From contig JAYWIR010000005.1 in the NCBI GenBank assembly GCA_036172245.1, positions 2,418,001-2,482,000 of the forward strand: a DNA stretch of 64,000 bases. Direction: 5' to 3'. The notes beneath the pieces were generated by a model. It searched no databases. It was not told where the DNA came from and worked only from the letters and a program-made list of their open reading frames with translations. The position numbers and the translations under genes are program-made. The stretch is from Raillietiella orientalis. Its lineage: Eukaryota. Shown here in pieces: positions 37,502 to 51,710 of the stretch (position 1 is the first letter of the stretch; the number at the start of each line of letters is the position of its first letter).

Positions 37502-39343
37502 TAGCCCGTCGCGATTAAGCTTGGCGTGGAGGCATTACATGCATGCAGAACGATTCAAGAAGAAGGCGACCGTCCCGTCAAGCCAGTCGTTCTGCTCGCC
37601 GTCTGTTCGTAGGATAAAGCGAGCATAAAGCCGCCACCTTCCCAACAGTGATGCGGGGAATCGCGTCTTCTCGTCGACTGTTCGTAATGGGTTAAAACGT
37701 AAACGCACTACAGAACGACGAGAAGAGGCGGTTAGTAGCCAACGCCCTGCGCCCCTTCGACCTCGCGCCCCTGCAGGAGATTCACGTAATCTCCGACGAG
37801 CAGGCAGCCGAAATCGAGGAGCGCGCAGGCGGAACGCTACATTGGCGGTGCGGCGGCGCACACACGTGCGGCGTCGCGTTCCTCGTAGGAGGAAAAATGG
37901 CGGAAGCGGTGCGTAGTGTTCGTTTCGACGACGACGGACGGATAGACCAGCTTGTCATCAAGTGGTCCGAGTCCATCGATCTCGTCGTTACCAACGTCTA
38001 TGCGGCGAGTGGTTCTCGCTACCTGGAAGAAAGAGTAGCTTCCTTTGATAAGGTGCACAGCCACTGGCTCAACAACTCCTACTTTCAATTGCCGCACCTC
38101 GTCGCTGGGGACTTCAACGTCCGCCTGCTCTCCGACGATTGGAGCCGCCCGAGGGAGCGCGCGCTGCCCATCGAGATGTGCGGGTTCGTGCACGCCGCCA
38201 ACATGATGGTTAGCGAACCTGGAATAAAAAGATCGCTCGATCACGTTTTCCTCGATGAAAACCCGCATTCGCGTGTGGTTAGGAGAGAAAGATTGTTGAC
38301 TAACCTTTCTGACCACCACAGGTTGGAGTTTGAGATCCTTCCGCCAGGCAAGGGACTTCAATCGCAAAATTGGAGGATGCAGGCGGATTGGCTCAGCCAA
38401 CCGGAGGCTGCGGAGCATCTACGTGAAAACCACCGAGGCTTTGTTATTCAAGAATTTGCGCACTGGGACGATCTCAAAAGATCTGTCCGCGAGTTCTGCT
38501 GCCAATTCCCCTTGAACCGGCTTCCACGCGGATTCGGAGAGGGCGTGGCAAACAGCAGAGACCTTCTGCAGGCCCGCACGTTTTCGAGATGCGCGGATGT
38601 CGGGCGTCTCGCGGAGTACAAGGCGAGAGCCGAGCGCCAGGTCTGGCAGTCCGGAGCAGCATGCCTGTTGGACGACAAGGGCCAGGAATGTTCGGCCCCA
38701 GCGGAAGTACGCCGCATTGTGAGACGCTACTACTCCTCGCTGTACACGGAATCCTTGACGGGGGATATTCTCTCTGAGATACTCCTGTCTCAGGATGCTC
38801 TTGTAGTCGGCGAGGAGGAACGCGAACGCCTCAACGAGCCCTTCACGGCGGATGAATTTTAAGTCCGCCATCCCAGGGCTGAAGAGACGAAGGGCGCCAA
38901 ACGAGAATAGACTCCCTGCAGAGTTTTATCAGTGCTTTGTAGTGGAGCTCATTCCCTTGATGCTGAGACTCGCGACGCTGATTCCTTCCGCTCAGCTAAA
39001 CTGCGTCTCCTGCCGAAAGGAGGAGACTTGCGCCAACTTAACAATTGGTGTCCGATAACCTTCGTGAACTCGTACGTCAAGTTGTTTTGGAAGCCTTGGG
39101 TCGCGCGTTCAGGAAGTATCGCGGGATCTGTATTGAGCCCGGAACAAACCTACGCGGATCCGGACGATCCTTGTGGGCAAACATTTTTTTCGCGCGTACA
39201 TGGATGCAGCTGCAGGAAGTCGTGGCGCAGTAAAGTCAAACTGCTGCGAAAGTCACAGCCACAGGCAAGCAGAACAGGTGCCGACGGCAGGAGGGAACGC
39301 CAGGTGCCTTGGCGTTCGCGGGCCACATCCACAAGGCGATCGA
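37502..39343 (+). mobile_element. Retrotransposon A3, 5'-truncated (ORF1 end, TGATG at 37649-37653, APE, RT to KAFD)
   Basis: Inverted homolog of 27737-29600; ORF 37897..38862. Confidence 0.88.
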
Positions 39344-42300
39344 TTTTCACCCGGATTTCGCCGAGGCGTTTATTGTTGAATAGACATTCACAAAGACGTG
39401 CAATTACTGGACCATTGCTTCAGCCATGCACGAAGAAGCACAGAGCCTGCCGGTTCACTGGTTTGCAGAGCGGTACGGTCCACCACGGCAGCAGGGGATA
39501 GGGGGAAAAAAAAAAATAAAAACAAAAAGAAAGGAAAAAATTGGGAGCATAAGGGAAGGGATCACAGTTGCTGGTGGGGCCATTGCATCCATTGCAGTAT
39601 GTCGGGAAGCTCCTTCTGTATTCCTGGATCCAGATGGGGCCATCGGGATGTCCTCCTCAGGAAATGGGAGACTGGCTGGATGACACCCTGGTCGTGTGGT
39701 CCCCCCGTAGCCTTGCTGCAGGCGGCGACGATCCCGCGAAGGCAGCACAGGGCTGCTAACGAGGCCGCTGACCGAAGGGCGTTTGCAACGAAGAGGGCTT
39801 TAAGAACGTCTCTGAGGTTGCCGCAGGGGATGCCTATCGCCGCATCGAAGCGAAATTAAAGGGTCCGAAGGGCAACATAATCCACTAGCAGGTGGGGGAG
39901 GGAATCACGTTCCCCACACCGGACGCAATTGGGGTCCACCGCTCCCCATGTCCAGTGCTGTCGTCGGGCGTTCCAGGGGAGTCCTTAGTGCTGCAAGAGG
40001 AGAGCCGACTCCTGCATTTCAAGGGGAGGGTGGAGGTGTTTATGAGTACCGGGGGCCACTTCGAAAGTTCAATGGGAACGTCGAGCAGCGCGCCCCAGCG
40101 AAGAAGTCCATGGGGAGGCGTACTCGGGATGGCAGCGTCGGTCAGCAGACCCCTCTTCCACTCTCCTATCTTCTTCTGCTCCCCGGAGATTGCAACTGAA
40201 ACCTCCCAATCCGTCGCAACATCGCTGTCCAGATCTTCCATCAGGGAGGAAAGCGCAGCAGCAAGGGGGGTTCTTCCTGCACACGTTTACTTCTTTGGAT
40301 CCTCCAGAATCTCGCGGAGCGTGCAACTTCTGTAACCCCCAAACAGGAACCTCCGTTCCTGTTGGGAGCGTTGCATGACGAACTGTCCCCACGTTCGAAC
40401 GGTTTCCTGCAACCAGGCACTACCGTTCAACGGGCGACAGGTGAGCAATCCTGGGTTTTTCCGATACAGCGCAGCCACCCTTCGTAGCTGAAGCCCACAT
40501 CGGTTGATGCGGCTTCGATGGAGTGCAAGAAACGACGTCAGTCCTGTCTTGCCGGTGGGTGGCTGGAGAAGGAGACGTGCAGGGACACACCAACAGGTGC
40601 ACCACAATTCTGAAACAAGTGCCGACAATCGCAACAGGAGCTGAAGCTCCAGCTTCTACAGCGTCAGGAGGCCCAGACCACCGTTCCGACGAGGAGCGCA
40701 CAAGTCCTTTCAGCGGAGTCGGGCCCTCCCGCTGCCCCAAAAGGCGATACGGAGGAGGTCCTTCGTCCGCTTTTTAATTCTCTCTGTGGGAAGGCAAACA
40801 AAAAGCATGGGGCGGAGGAGAGGAGCCGCGAACGTTTTCCAAACCGCGGCCCATTCAGGCAGGAATAACCTGCCGCCTCGGAAAGGGCCGATCGCCGTCT
40901 CTACTTTTTGGAGAAAGCCGGACCACGCTTCCGCAGGGGAGTAGTCCCCCAACGGCACACCAATGTACTTGAAGTACCTCAACGTGGAGATCCCCAAACG
41001 GACCCAGTCCTGCTGCCCTGCCCACGCCGCACCAACTGGCATCAGGGACGACTTCGCCCTGTTCACCGTAAGCCCGGTTCCTAGATTCAGCAGGTCGAAG
41101 AACTTCTGGACCGCTGAAGCCGGGGTAAACATAGGGAGCAGTAGCAGGAGGTCGTCCGCATATGCTGAAACCGCAGGCGTTCCGGCGCATTCAAGCGGCA
41201 GGTGGGCCAGAGTTTCCCTGTACGCTTTCAGTACCAACTCAAAGTAGGTACTAAAGAGCAAGGGGCTCAGGCTGTCTCCTTGCCGGATCTCACGTCGCAC
41301 CGGCACGCCGTGAACAGTATGCCCGCTGAAAGTAACATTGATTAGCGCATCGCGCCAGCTAGAGCGCAGATAGGCCAATAATGAGGCCGGGAAGCCCAAG
41401 CGTTCCAAAAGCTCCAGCAAGAGATTCTGGTCGACGCTCTCGAATGCTTTACGCAAGTCGACAGCGACCGCAAGTGCTCCCTTCCCCACCCGACCATCCA
41501 AACCCTTGCCGGCGCACGCACCGAGTTCCGGCTGCGCACCAAGCTCCTTTCGTGTTCAAGCTCTAGCCAGGTGGAAGCGTGGAACAGGTTCGCCTCCATG
41601 CTTCTCCCCGGAACAGCATGTGTCTCTTCAGGGCTGATGAAGGCGTTTGGAACCCGTCCCAAACGCTCAGCCCAAACCTTAGCTAGCAAATTGGCGTCCG
41701 CATTCACTATTGTTATGGGACGCTAGTTGTTCATGCTCCTCAGATCTCCTCCCATAGGGAGGAGCCGCACCTTTGCCGAACGAAACGAGGCGGGAACGTC
41801 ACCTGTCTCGCGAATGAGCAAGGTGAGTTGCTGTTCCAGAAGGGTAAGCTCAGCCGCGAAAGTTTCGTGAAACTCCTCGGGCAGCCCGTCTTCCCCTGGA
41901 GGCTTGCGCCTCTTGAGCTTTCCGATGGCAGAGAGGATCTTGTCCATCGTGAAAGGCTCGTCGAGGGTCTTTCTCTCCTCCTCCCCGATCGCTAGAGCGC
42001 CTTCCGGAAGTAGGAGTCGTGAGACGTTTCTCTCCGGAGGTGCCCTGGCATACAGGGAGGAGTAGAAACTCCGCAGCAGGCCGCAGATTTGGGCGAGTGC
42101 CGAGTGCTCCTGGCCCTGATCGTCCAGTAAGCTGGCCGATCCGGACTGCCAGGCTTGCCTCTCGGCTTCCGCTGTGTTATCCGCCAGCCTGCGGATGTCG
42201 GGGGTCCTGGCGTAACGACAAGCCTGCAAGTTGGCTCGTTCGTTACGGACCCCGGTCCCAAAACCCGTAGGTAGGCAGTGTAGAGGGAACTGGTTGCAGA

Positions 42301-42994
42301 ACTCCTGGACTGACCGCTTAAAACGGTCACAATCCTGGAGTGTCTGCCGCCTGAAGCTCCTTATGAACGTGCAGAGATGTTCTGCCGCGTTCGGGAGCTT
42401 CAGGTAGTCTCCTGGGAGACGCCACGCTGACGAGGGGGTCCCCTCTCTCGCGGATGGATCTCGAGAACTAGCGGGCGATGGTCGGACAGCTCGCACGGTA
42501 ACTTGCCGCGCTCGCCCACGCGAGGGCACAGGTGCTCGTCAAGAAACACGTAATCAATGCTGTCTTCCATCCTCGGTGCACTGACCAACAGATAACAGGT
42601 GTGCACCGCCATGCACACTTCGTTGAGCAGGTCACGCTCGGGATTCTGCCCATCTGGTTTCAGGCGAACGTTGCAATAGCCTGCAACCAGATGAGCATTT
42701 TGCACGCTTGCTTCGGTCAGCCAGTCGCGCTGGAGGGCAAGGAAAAACTCTTTCCTCGCCCTCCTGTTGATCAGCTTCGCGGCGCTCGTTGCGTACACGT
42801 TCGTGACAATCAGGTCGATCGAGTCGGACCACCTGAGAGTCAGCTGGCCTACACGACAGTGATCTTCGAACCGCATTTTCCGAGCCGCGGCCTCGACGGC
42901 TGGCCAAAGCAGGTAGGCGACACCGCAACTTTTCGCTCTCCCACACCTGTACCATGGCCGCCCTCCGTAGATCCGTTTGATCTCTTGCGCTCGT
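39344..42994 (-). mobile_element. Retrotransposon C2 (from within APE to the 3' end), antisense in A3 at KAFD
   Basis: ORFs 42400..42876, 41723..42529, 40710..41501 (YADD); terminal AATAAACGCCTCGGCGAAATCCGGGTGAAAA. Confidence 0.88.
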
Positions 42995-44482
42995 ACAGTG
43001 CAGACGTGTTTCCCCGTCTATCCGCGCCAACAATCGAACAACTTTGTGCCTACGTTTTCGCTAGCACTTGTGTGTTCTTGTGCAATCTGCCAAGTAGCAT
43101 AGTGCAACATGGCCAGTACACAGGATAGTGTGGAGGTGCAAGCCACTGGATGCACTTCAGCTGCACTTCAATTGGCCGCATCCTCCGTAATGGTTTGTTT
43201 CCTCGTCCCCGGTGAGGAGTTACTCCGCCGTTACCTCCCAAATACCTGGACCCTGCGATGCGGAGTTACAGGCATATGTGTCATCAGGATACATGCCTGC
43301 ACTACGTTATATGGTCAGTGGGCTTCTTAACGGGAGAATCGATGGTCAGCTCAATGATTAGCTCGTCGGGATCGGCGTTTGCGAGGAACTCCTTGCCATA
43401 ATGCCTGCTGGCAGGATGAAATATACAAAGATTCTGTGCATGAACGCAGCACTTGTGCAGCGCCTTCTCCGTACGCCGTTGACCATCAATGGCAAGGAAG
43501 TCCTACCTACCGAGATGGACGACTCTTTTGTCTTTCAATTGTGCGACATAGAACCGGAAATCTTTGACCGCGATGTTGTAACCGTGCTGGCGAAGTTCGC
43601 CACCGTGCACGCCCTGTGAAGGCGGCCGAACCCTTTGAAGGATTTCTCCTCTGTCCACATCGGACAAGCCTCCGCGCGGATCACCGTCGCGAACAGGCGT
43701 GTTGTGCCTGAGAAGCTGAAGGAGAACGGCACGGTCGTTCACTGTGGTTCTTAGGCCAGGATCGCGCGTGCGAGCAGTGCGGCAAGGAGGGGCATCGAAT
43801 TAAAGAGTGCCCCTCTCCAAGATGTTGCTATTGCAAAGATTCGGGGCACGAAATCAAAAAGTGCCCGGTACTTGCAAGAAAAAGAGCCGCAGCGGAAATT
43901 CGTCCGGTTCAAGAGACCACTGCACGAAAAGCCGCAGCGGCAATTAAAAAACGTCGTCCGCAAAAACTCGGAAAAAACCACGAGCGATCTACGGACGAAA
44001 AGAAAGCATCCCCTCCAGCACCACCCCGAAAGGTGAGAGTCACGGCGGGGAAGCCAATCAAAAAGGGGCGCTAGGGTTTGACGCGTGCCGTGCCCTCCCT
44101 CGCTGCCAAACTCGCATGCACCTCTCCGAGCCAGGAACCAGGAAATCTCCGTAACACCCTGAAGGGAAAGGTAGGAAAACAGGAAGATCGCAACAGTGCG
44201 AAGACTTCTTGCCTCTTCCGCTGTCCCTTCCGAGTTCCGGAGAGGCCCACTGCAGCGCAGGCCCCTCTGCAAAGGCTACGAAAGCCGTAAAAAGCAGCGT
44301 CGCGACGAGCAAAGGCACGCTGCATGCAGTCGCCCCATCGCCGACTCGGCAGTTTTCCCCAAGTCCCACGAGGGGTGGGGTAAATTTATTTTTTTTTTAA
44401 ATTTTTCTATAAAAACATTCACACTACAATCTCATCCATACCATTAGAGCTTTCATTTTACCACTACGAAGTCATTGGGTTC

Positions 44483-47400
44483 TCACAAGTTCTGCACTAA
44501 TGGTGGATTTCCAGATGCTTGGTCGCGGGAGTCGCCTTCTATCCTCATCAGGATAAATCGGTACGTGCAGGCTTTGATTTTCCCACAGTTTCTAATGCCG
44601 ATTTCCCTCTTCAGGAGCCCTTGTAGGATCTCCATCGGTGGTGCGGCTCTTCTGGCTTTTCTCATTTTCCACAACCGCAAAAGTATGGCAGTGATGAAGA
44701 GGGCGATGGTCGTCCTCACCATGGGATTGTAACAGGGAACATTACCATCCCCCTGAAACATCCCGGCGAGAATCTCCATTACGGATCTGTTCGTAAGTCC
44801 GATGAACCTTTACAGGATCAGCCAGTCATGCAGCAATGTGGGAAACGTCAAGACATGAAGTCTCGTGTCGTTGTCTCCACATGCCGTGCAGTCTCGATCT
44901 TCCCGTCTTCCGGTATAGTACTGCAATCGGGACCCACTGTGGATTCCTCCATGATAAAACATCAGGAGGTCATCCTGGGTGCCCGGCGGAAGGTTACTTC
45001 TCCAGAGCGTCGTGCCGATCGCTAGAAGGTTGATTCGGTCACTTCCGTAGCGATCGGTTGCTCCCTGGAGGGCACTGATGTCACGGTCTTCTTCCCGAAT
45101 TAATCTTCGGAGGTTTGTTTTGAATACCCTGGACCACGCGAAGACGAGATGGTTGATCCACACCTCGCGAATAATGTAAGTAAACCTTCCTAACATCATC
45201 TCTATATACCTAAGTATACGGGTGTGATGTAGGTACCCTCCTCGTTTCCACACCTGGATTCGTTGTAGGGTAACTCAGGACCGCTGGTGGATCCAGCTTC
45301 TCGTGTCCCGCGGGACAGGAAGCATCCAAGAGATCACCAGGATGGACTCGTCCTGCAGAGTTCCCTACTTCTCAACACGATCTTGATTTTGTGCTTTCGC
45401 ACCAGCCGTTGCTTCCTCGTCCAGGTTGGGTCAATTGTTTTCCATTCGCATGCTCGGCCTAGTAGCGCAGTCTTCAGGCCTTTCGAGTTGTTCGACAACA
45501 ACGCGTAGGCCCTGTGCGCCGCATACGGCCAGTCATCCCAGTGAGTGGCAATGTCCAGGATGTGTCGCGTATCCATGATTTCTATGGAGTGTGCAAGCGA
45601 CTTCATCCCGGAACCGCCTTCTTCCCTGGGACGACACAGGGGTTTTAGTCGGCCTCTTGGGCGATAGTGGCCCCACAGTGTTTTTCTCTGCAGCTTGTCG
45701 AACTCCCTCGTTGTGTCCTTGTTCATCCTCGCGAAGGCCGCCCCGAAGAGCACTTTTGGAAGGAGTACTCCGTTTCATATGTTGGCCTTTCGCTTCATTC
45801 CAAGGTCCGTTCGGGTGTACTTGGCTGCTTCCTTGGCCGTTTTCCATAGGATCTCGCTCCACAATAGCTTCGACGCGGAGACGTCGCCAATGTAGACACC
45901 CAGGTACTTGGTCTTGTCCACCGTTCGGAATCCTTACCCCGCTAGAGTGGAGAGATCGAGGATTCCAACGGGCAAGAGCTGGCTTTTCTAGACGTTGATC
46001 TTTAGACCCAGGCCTTGATTCATTAGGTCTACCACATCCAGAAACGCCCGTTGATTTCTCTCTCCCTTGATAAAGAAGAGTAGATCATCAGCGTATGCCA
46101 GATGGGTAAGACGCTGGCCAACGATTGTTATGCCTTGCAGTCGTCCGCTCTTCTCGATAAAGGACGACAACGCCTCCATGTAGATGACGAACAGCATCGT
46201 ACTTAGCGAATCGCCCTGCCGGACTCCCCGTTCCATCCGGATTGCTGCCGTCTCCTGGCCGTTGATTTTGATTCGGCAGTACTGGTTCTGGAGTACCACC
46301 CTCACGAAGTTGTTGAAGTGTTCCGGAAGGCCTAGCTTCTCCAGAACCTTCAGCAGCATCCCATGGTCGATAGAGTCGAAAGCCGTCTCCATGTCAGTGA
46401 GCACCAGCGCCAGATTCTCGCCGACGTATCGGCTGAGTCCGACGGTGGCCTGGGCACACTTGACATTGTCCGACATGTGACGTCCAGGGACTGCACACGT
46501 TTGGACCGGAGAGATGAGCCTCGACATGACCTTGCCTACGCGGCTGGACCAGATCTTCGCCAACCACTTGGCATCGGAGTTCAGGATCAAGATTGGCCTC
46601 CATTGAGCGACCTGCGTGGGGTCGCCTCCTTTTGGCAACAATCTCATCCGACTCGCGTAGAAGGACTGTGGAAGTCTTCCTTCTTCGCGGATGCAGAGGG
46701 TCAACTGGTAGAACAAACGCAGGTAGGCATGCAGGAACCGCTGATAGTGAGCCATGGGTACGCTTTCAGGGCCCGCTGCCACGTCCTTGCGTAGTTCACT
46801 AAACGCAGTCATCACCTCATTTTCGGAGAACTCCTCCTCCTGTCTGTTCCGCTGGAGGTCGTCGGTCCTCTTCTCGAGATAGCTCAAGAAGGCCTGTTTA
46901 CTAGAGAGACAGAGATGTTGTCGCCTGAAGTGTTTCGTGTAATGGCTGTGAAAGGCATCCACGATGTCCTCAGACGACTGTCGCTTTTGACCGTCGTACT
47001 GGATGCAGAAGATATCTGTTGCCAGATTTCTCTTCCCCAGCACGTCGACTTCCCCTTTTATGTTCTTGAAGACGTACCGACTCTCGTACTGATCGAAGTA
47101 CTTTAGGAGTGAGTGATCTTGGATGTTTAGTTCCCGGTACGCCTCCTGCCTTGAGCGCCTATCCCCGAACTGCGTGTTCGCAAACATGTGTATCCTGTGT
47201 TTCAGGCTGTTTCAGTCGGCGACTCTTCGGATTGTTGTTGCCCTCAGAATCGCCTCCAGGACAGCCTGATGTCCGGGATGGGTTGCGAACCAGGAGAGCA
47301 TGCTGATGAGCGCCGCCCAGGTGCCTTGCCTCCGCCTAGGATTCTCCGTTCTTAGGGAAAACCGCACCAGGGAGTGATCGGACACCGTGGTCAGAATGTC

Positions 47401-48015
47401 CCGAAAACCCTGGATACGATTTCCTAGTTCGGTGCTGTGGAGGACGTGATCGATCGGCTTGTGACTTGCAATTCGCCACACCAGTCCGAACTCTCCGGAT
47501 AACCGCCGATACGCCGTCCTTCGTCTGGCGTCTTCGGAGTGGGTGATTTCATCCAATATGTTGAGATCGCCAGCAACAATCACGACGTCCTTGGAAGCAA
47601 CCTTTTCACGGAGTGCTGCATGCAGCGCCTCCGCACAACGATGTTTTAGCCTGTGCGGCCCGCACAGGTTCACCAGGATGAGGTGAACAGTAGCGGACCA
47701 GGCCAGTCGCACGCCGATGATTCGTCCGGGTTGGGGAGAGAACACTTCCAAAATAGTGAAGGCCAAGTTGATCTTGATTAGGACCGCCACACGCTGCGTG
47801 TTTCGTTTTCCCTCGCTGACGAACATCTGCCCGTTGAATCGCCGTTCCATTTGCTTACTAATCTCGAGACCCATCTTCTGGGTCTCCTGCAGGCACATTA
47901 TGTCTTGTTGTGCGATGGTCCGCACAATACTTTTTCTTTTTTCCTGGTTGACCACACCTTTTGCATTCCAGGAGTCGATGTTCAGCCTCCTGGCGGTCGA
48001 TAGAGAAGAGGACAT
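44483..48015 (-). pseudogene. G ORF2 APE-RT-CCHC, frameshifted
   Basis: SWNAKG, LQET, GDLN, IDH, SDH; QWRPI, DMETAFD, GVRQGDSLS, YADD; CTACGDNDTRLH. Confidence 0.88.
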
Positions 48016-48019
48016 AAAA

Positions 48020-49815
48020 GGGGAATTCCTATTTCTTGGCCTTGTTGTTCTTCTTCTGTCTGAGAGAGCGTGCTCTTCCAGACAACGAAGAAGCAGCGGG
48101 CTTCTTGCTGCCGGCGTCACTCTTTGTTCCGGTGAGGTCGGTTACTTCCGCCGCCTCCGTAGAGTGTTCCGCCCGCGCGATCAATTTTCGAGATAGCGCC
48201 TCTATCTCGACCTTGGCGCAGAAGTTCGCCTTTACGTCGAAAAGCTGTTCCTCTAGCTTCTCTCGCTCGGTGACCTCCACAACCTTGTTGACCTTTTCCT
48301 GTGCATTGCAGATCTTCTGCAAGATTTTCTCTTGCTGGGACAGCTCTGCACCTCTAGGACTTCATTAACCAGTGATGCCAACTCCTCCGTTGATTGCAGG
48401 GCCTCCTGCGACACTGGAGTGGCTTCCTGGTTTCCTACTTTCACGCCTTCCTGCGCTAGCTCCATGTTTTCGCCTTCCTGCACTGCTTCTTCTAGGATAA
48501 GAGGGATTTCTTGCTCCATGACGAGCATCCTCCTCTTTCCTTTCTTCCCTACCTGTATGAAGCCGTGTTTCGATACCGGCACGGCTTCTTTCACCTTCTT
48601 CGGCCTTCCTGCCTTCTGAGGCTGTTCCGCCTCCTTGGTGTTTCTTTCTCTCACGGGTGAGAGACCTCGAATCCTTCTGCAGTTTGCAAACTCCGGACAG
48701 CTCCATTTGGCATGTCCGTGTTTCTTGCAGCAGGAGCACACCTCCGGCTGCGGGCAGTTTCGGACTTGATGTCCTACTTTGCCGCAGCGGAAACAACGAC
48801 ACGTTGGCCAAGCGCCGGCCCTGTTGCCGAACTGCTTGCAGCCGGTGCAGAATATCGGTTGTTGCCGGTAACGCACGTTCACTCCCTGGGATTGTTCGTC
48901 AAGAACAACAAATCCAGGGATCACAGCTCCCTCTTTCAACTTCATTTTGGCGATCATGTCGCCAGAAAATATATTTTCAGAGAAGTTCTGGAATTCAAGG
49001 TCCAGAACTTCCCCATACTGCTCCAAAAAGTTCCGCACCGTTAGTTGCGGTGTGAGGATGGAGATGCCGTTCCGAAAGTTGGTTGTGTATGGCATGTTGC
49101 CAATACCACAAACCATCTTCCCTTGTATATTGATCCCCTTCTGGATCAATCGCTCTCTAATATTTTCACAGTCTGTGAAGACTGTCAACCCGTTATTTGC
49201 CGGTATGATCTCTTGTATTTGATCAAAATTGATATCCGTCTTATCGAAGGACAGATACACCTCCCTGATATTATTTAATTTGATCAGCCAAGTCTTGAAA
49301 ATGATGGGCTTCACATTTGGCCCTACATTCACGATTGACCGATCCACCTTTTGGACTTTGCCGCATAGCGGCTTCCCGAATTTTCTTGGTTGGTGGACAC
49401 TCGCTTGTCCAGCCGCCACCAACGAATAGGAAATGGGCTGCGCCGCCGCAGCCGAACAAGATGGCGTTTCACCCTGAACTGCGTGGACGCCCGCGGGTCC
49501 TGCCTGGGACGCTGCCGCCGCGAGCGCAACCCTTGACGTCGCCACCGTTGCCGCCGCGGGCGGCACCCTCGGCATCGCCGCCGCAGGCGCGACCTTCCCC
49601 GCCGCGGGCACGATCCTTGGTGTCGCCGCCGCGGGCACGACCTCCGCCGTCGTCGCCGCGGGCACGACCCTTGGCCTCGCCACCGCCGGCGCAGCAAAGC
49701 CCGCCGCGGGCGCGATTCTAGGCATGCCTGCCACCGCCTAGCTGTTGCCGCACGTTACCTCCATGGCTTCCATGGGGGACGACGGTCTCTCCACTCCTCC
49801 GCCAGGTTCCTGCAT
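48020..49815 (-). pseudogene. G ORF1, gag-like with three knuckles (first degenerate) and an Ala/Pro-rich repeat at about 49505-49715
   Basis: CTGCKQFGN, CFRCGKVGHQVRNC, CSCCKKHGHAKWSC; GCCGCCGCGGGC repeats; TAG at 49738-49740. Confidence 0.82.
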
Positions 49816-51710
49816 CCTGGAAGCTGGTCTTGCTGCACGGGACCACAACAGGTCTTCCGCCGCGATCTCCTCTGCGCTTCTTTTGTTGTTTCGTCTGGAA
49901 ACTTCCCCTCTCCGGGCACACACGAGCACAATTAACAGATTAATCTGTCGAGCGCACAATACTTTGAGCCGCGAAGCAAGTTCATTGACTCGGCAGGAAA
50001 GCAGCAATCTCCCGACTGTCAAGAGTGTGACACCGTTGCCGCATTTTAAAGGCGTAGCGAAAGCAACGCCCCCAGAGAACGCAGCGAAAATCCCGGAGCT
50101 TTCCGCAACTACTGTCGCGGAATGCTTTGAAAATCGCGATAGCGAATGGAAGGTTGTGGAAAGGAGGAGAGAAAAATCTCCAAAAAAAGCTCCGCAACAT
50201 CCATCCCTGAGCTCTTCCAAAGGAAAAAGCAGTCGCGCGAATACGAAAACACGCCCGGCTTGTGCCTCTTCCCAGGAAATAGCCAGCGGCTTCAACGCGT
50301 GCAAGTACGCTTCTGTGACCTCCGAGAAGACCATTCCCGTGCAATCGGGCGGATGCAAGCGCACGTCGATCGTGCGAGCATCAGACTTCGCAAAGGAGTC
50401 CGATAACGCAGCTGAACGACGCGTTACTCGCGCGGGAGCGAGCGCCCGCAGGGCTGAAGCCCTGAGGCGTGACACACTTGCCGAGGAACGGCGAGTGTTC
50501 ACCCCGGAACCAACAGGTTCCGCACCCGGGGAGGAGCACTCGATTACGCGCAGCACGGTGGAGGCCGTTGGCGACCGCGCCCTCCAGCCCGTCGTGCTGC
50601 TTACTGCGCGCTCGCCGGGTGAGGCGAGCACCACGGCCTCGCTTTCCTAGCCGTGATGAGGGCAATCGCGTCTTCTCGTGGTGTTGCCGTGACGTCTTGG
50701 AACGTCAGCGGGCTCCAACACGAGGAGAAGAGGCTACTAGTGGCTCACGCTCTGCGCGCCTTTGACTTGACGCTCCTGCAGGATATTCACAGCTTCTCCG
50801 AAGAGCAGGCTGCCGAAATCGAATGGCGCGCGGGCGGAACGCTACTTTATAGGTGCCGCGCTGCACGTACGTGCGGCGTCGCTTTCCTCGTGCGAGGAGC
50901 TTTTGCGTGAGCGGTGCGCAGCGTTCGTTTCAACACGGAAGGCCGAGTGGTACAGGTTGTACTCAAGTGGTCCGACTCGATCGACCTTGTCGTAACCAAC
51001 GTGTACGCGCCGAGCGGTGCTGGACGATGGGCCGAAAGGATTGAGTTTTTCGGTACCGTTCAAAGCCAGTGGCTCACTCAATCTCACCCTTCTGTGGCCC
51101 ATCTCATTGCGGGGGCTTTAACGTCCACCTGCTTCCCAAGAATAGGTCCCACAAAAAGGAAAAGTTGCTAGCGGAAGAGATGTGCGCGTCCGTGCACGCG
51201 TGGAACTTGTTTGCTAGCGACCCTGTTTTGGCAACAACGCCGGACCACGTATACCTTGATGAACACTTGCTCTCTCGAGTGGGTCGGAGAGGTGCCGTGC
51301 CGTCCGTGCTTTCAGACCACAACAGGCTCGAGTTCGAGTTGCTCCCGCCAGGCAAGGGGCCTCCAAACTGTTTTTGGAGGATGCCGTCAGACTGGATAAG
51401 CCACCCGGAGGCGGCTGAGCATCTTCGCCAGTACCTGCTCATCTTTGCGATGAGTGAGCTCGAGGACTAGACGATCTGAAAAGATCGGTCCACGAGTTCT
51501 GCTGCCGCTTTCCCTTGCACCAGCTTCCGCGCGGCTTTGGAGAAGGCGTAGCCAACAGCAGAGATTTTCTGCAGGCCCGCTTTTTTTCCAGACGCGCGGT
51601 CGTTGGTCGATTATCCGAGTACAAGGGCAAGGCCGAGCGTCAGGTCTGGCAGTCAGGGGCGACAGTCCTGCTCGACGACCAGGACCGGGAATGCACGGCT
51701 CCATTCGACG

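Larger units (their letters stand above)
44381..49945 (-). mobile_element. Divergent L1/Tx1-like retrotransposon G, apparently full length, lower GC, A-rich tail; antisense within E ORF1
   Basis: ORF1 48253..49734, APE 47212..48120, RT 45988..47187; T-run at 44385-44398 on the + strand; 5' boundary approximate, no TSD found. Confidence 0.85.
42996..51710 (+). mobile_element. Retrotransposon E (A-related): 5' end, ORF1 (43109-50656, split by G), APE and linker; cut by H
   Basis: 5' AGTGCAGACGTG; ORF1 matches A2 ORF1 (AYVSSGY, LVQRLLRTPL, CEQCGKEGH); TGATG at 50654-50658; MRAIASSRGVAVTSWNVSG, SDH. Confidence 0.85.

Noticed and set aside
43000..43400. Possible unique host DNA
   Set aside because: It is the 5' UTR and decayed ORF1 N-terminus of E, homologous to A2 ORF1
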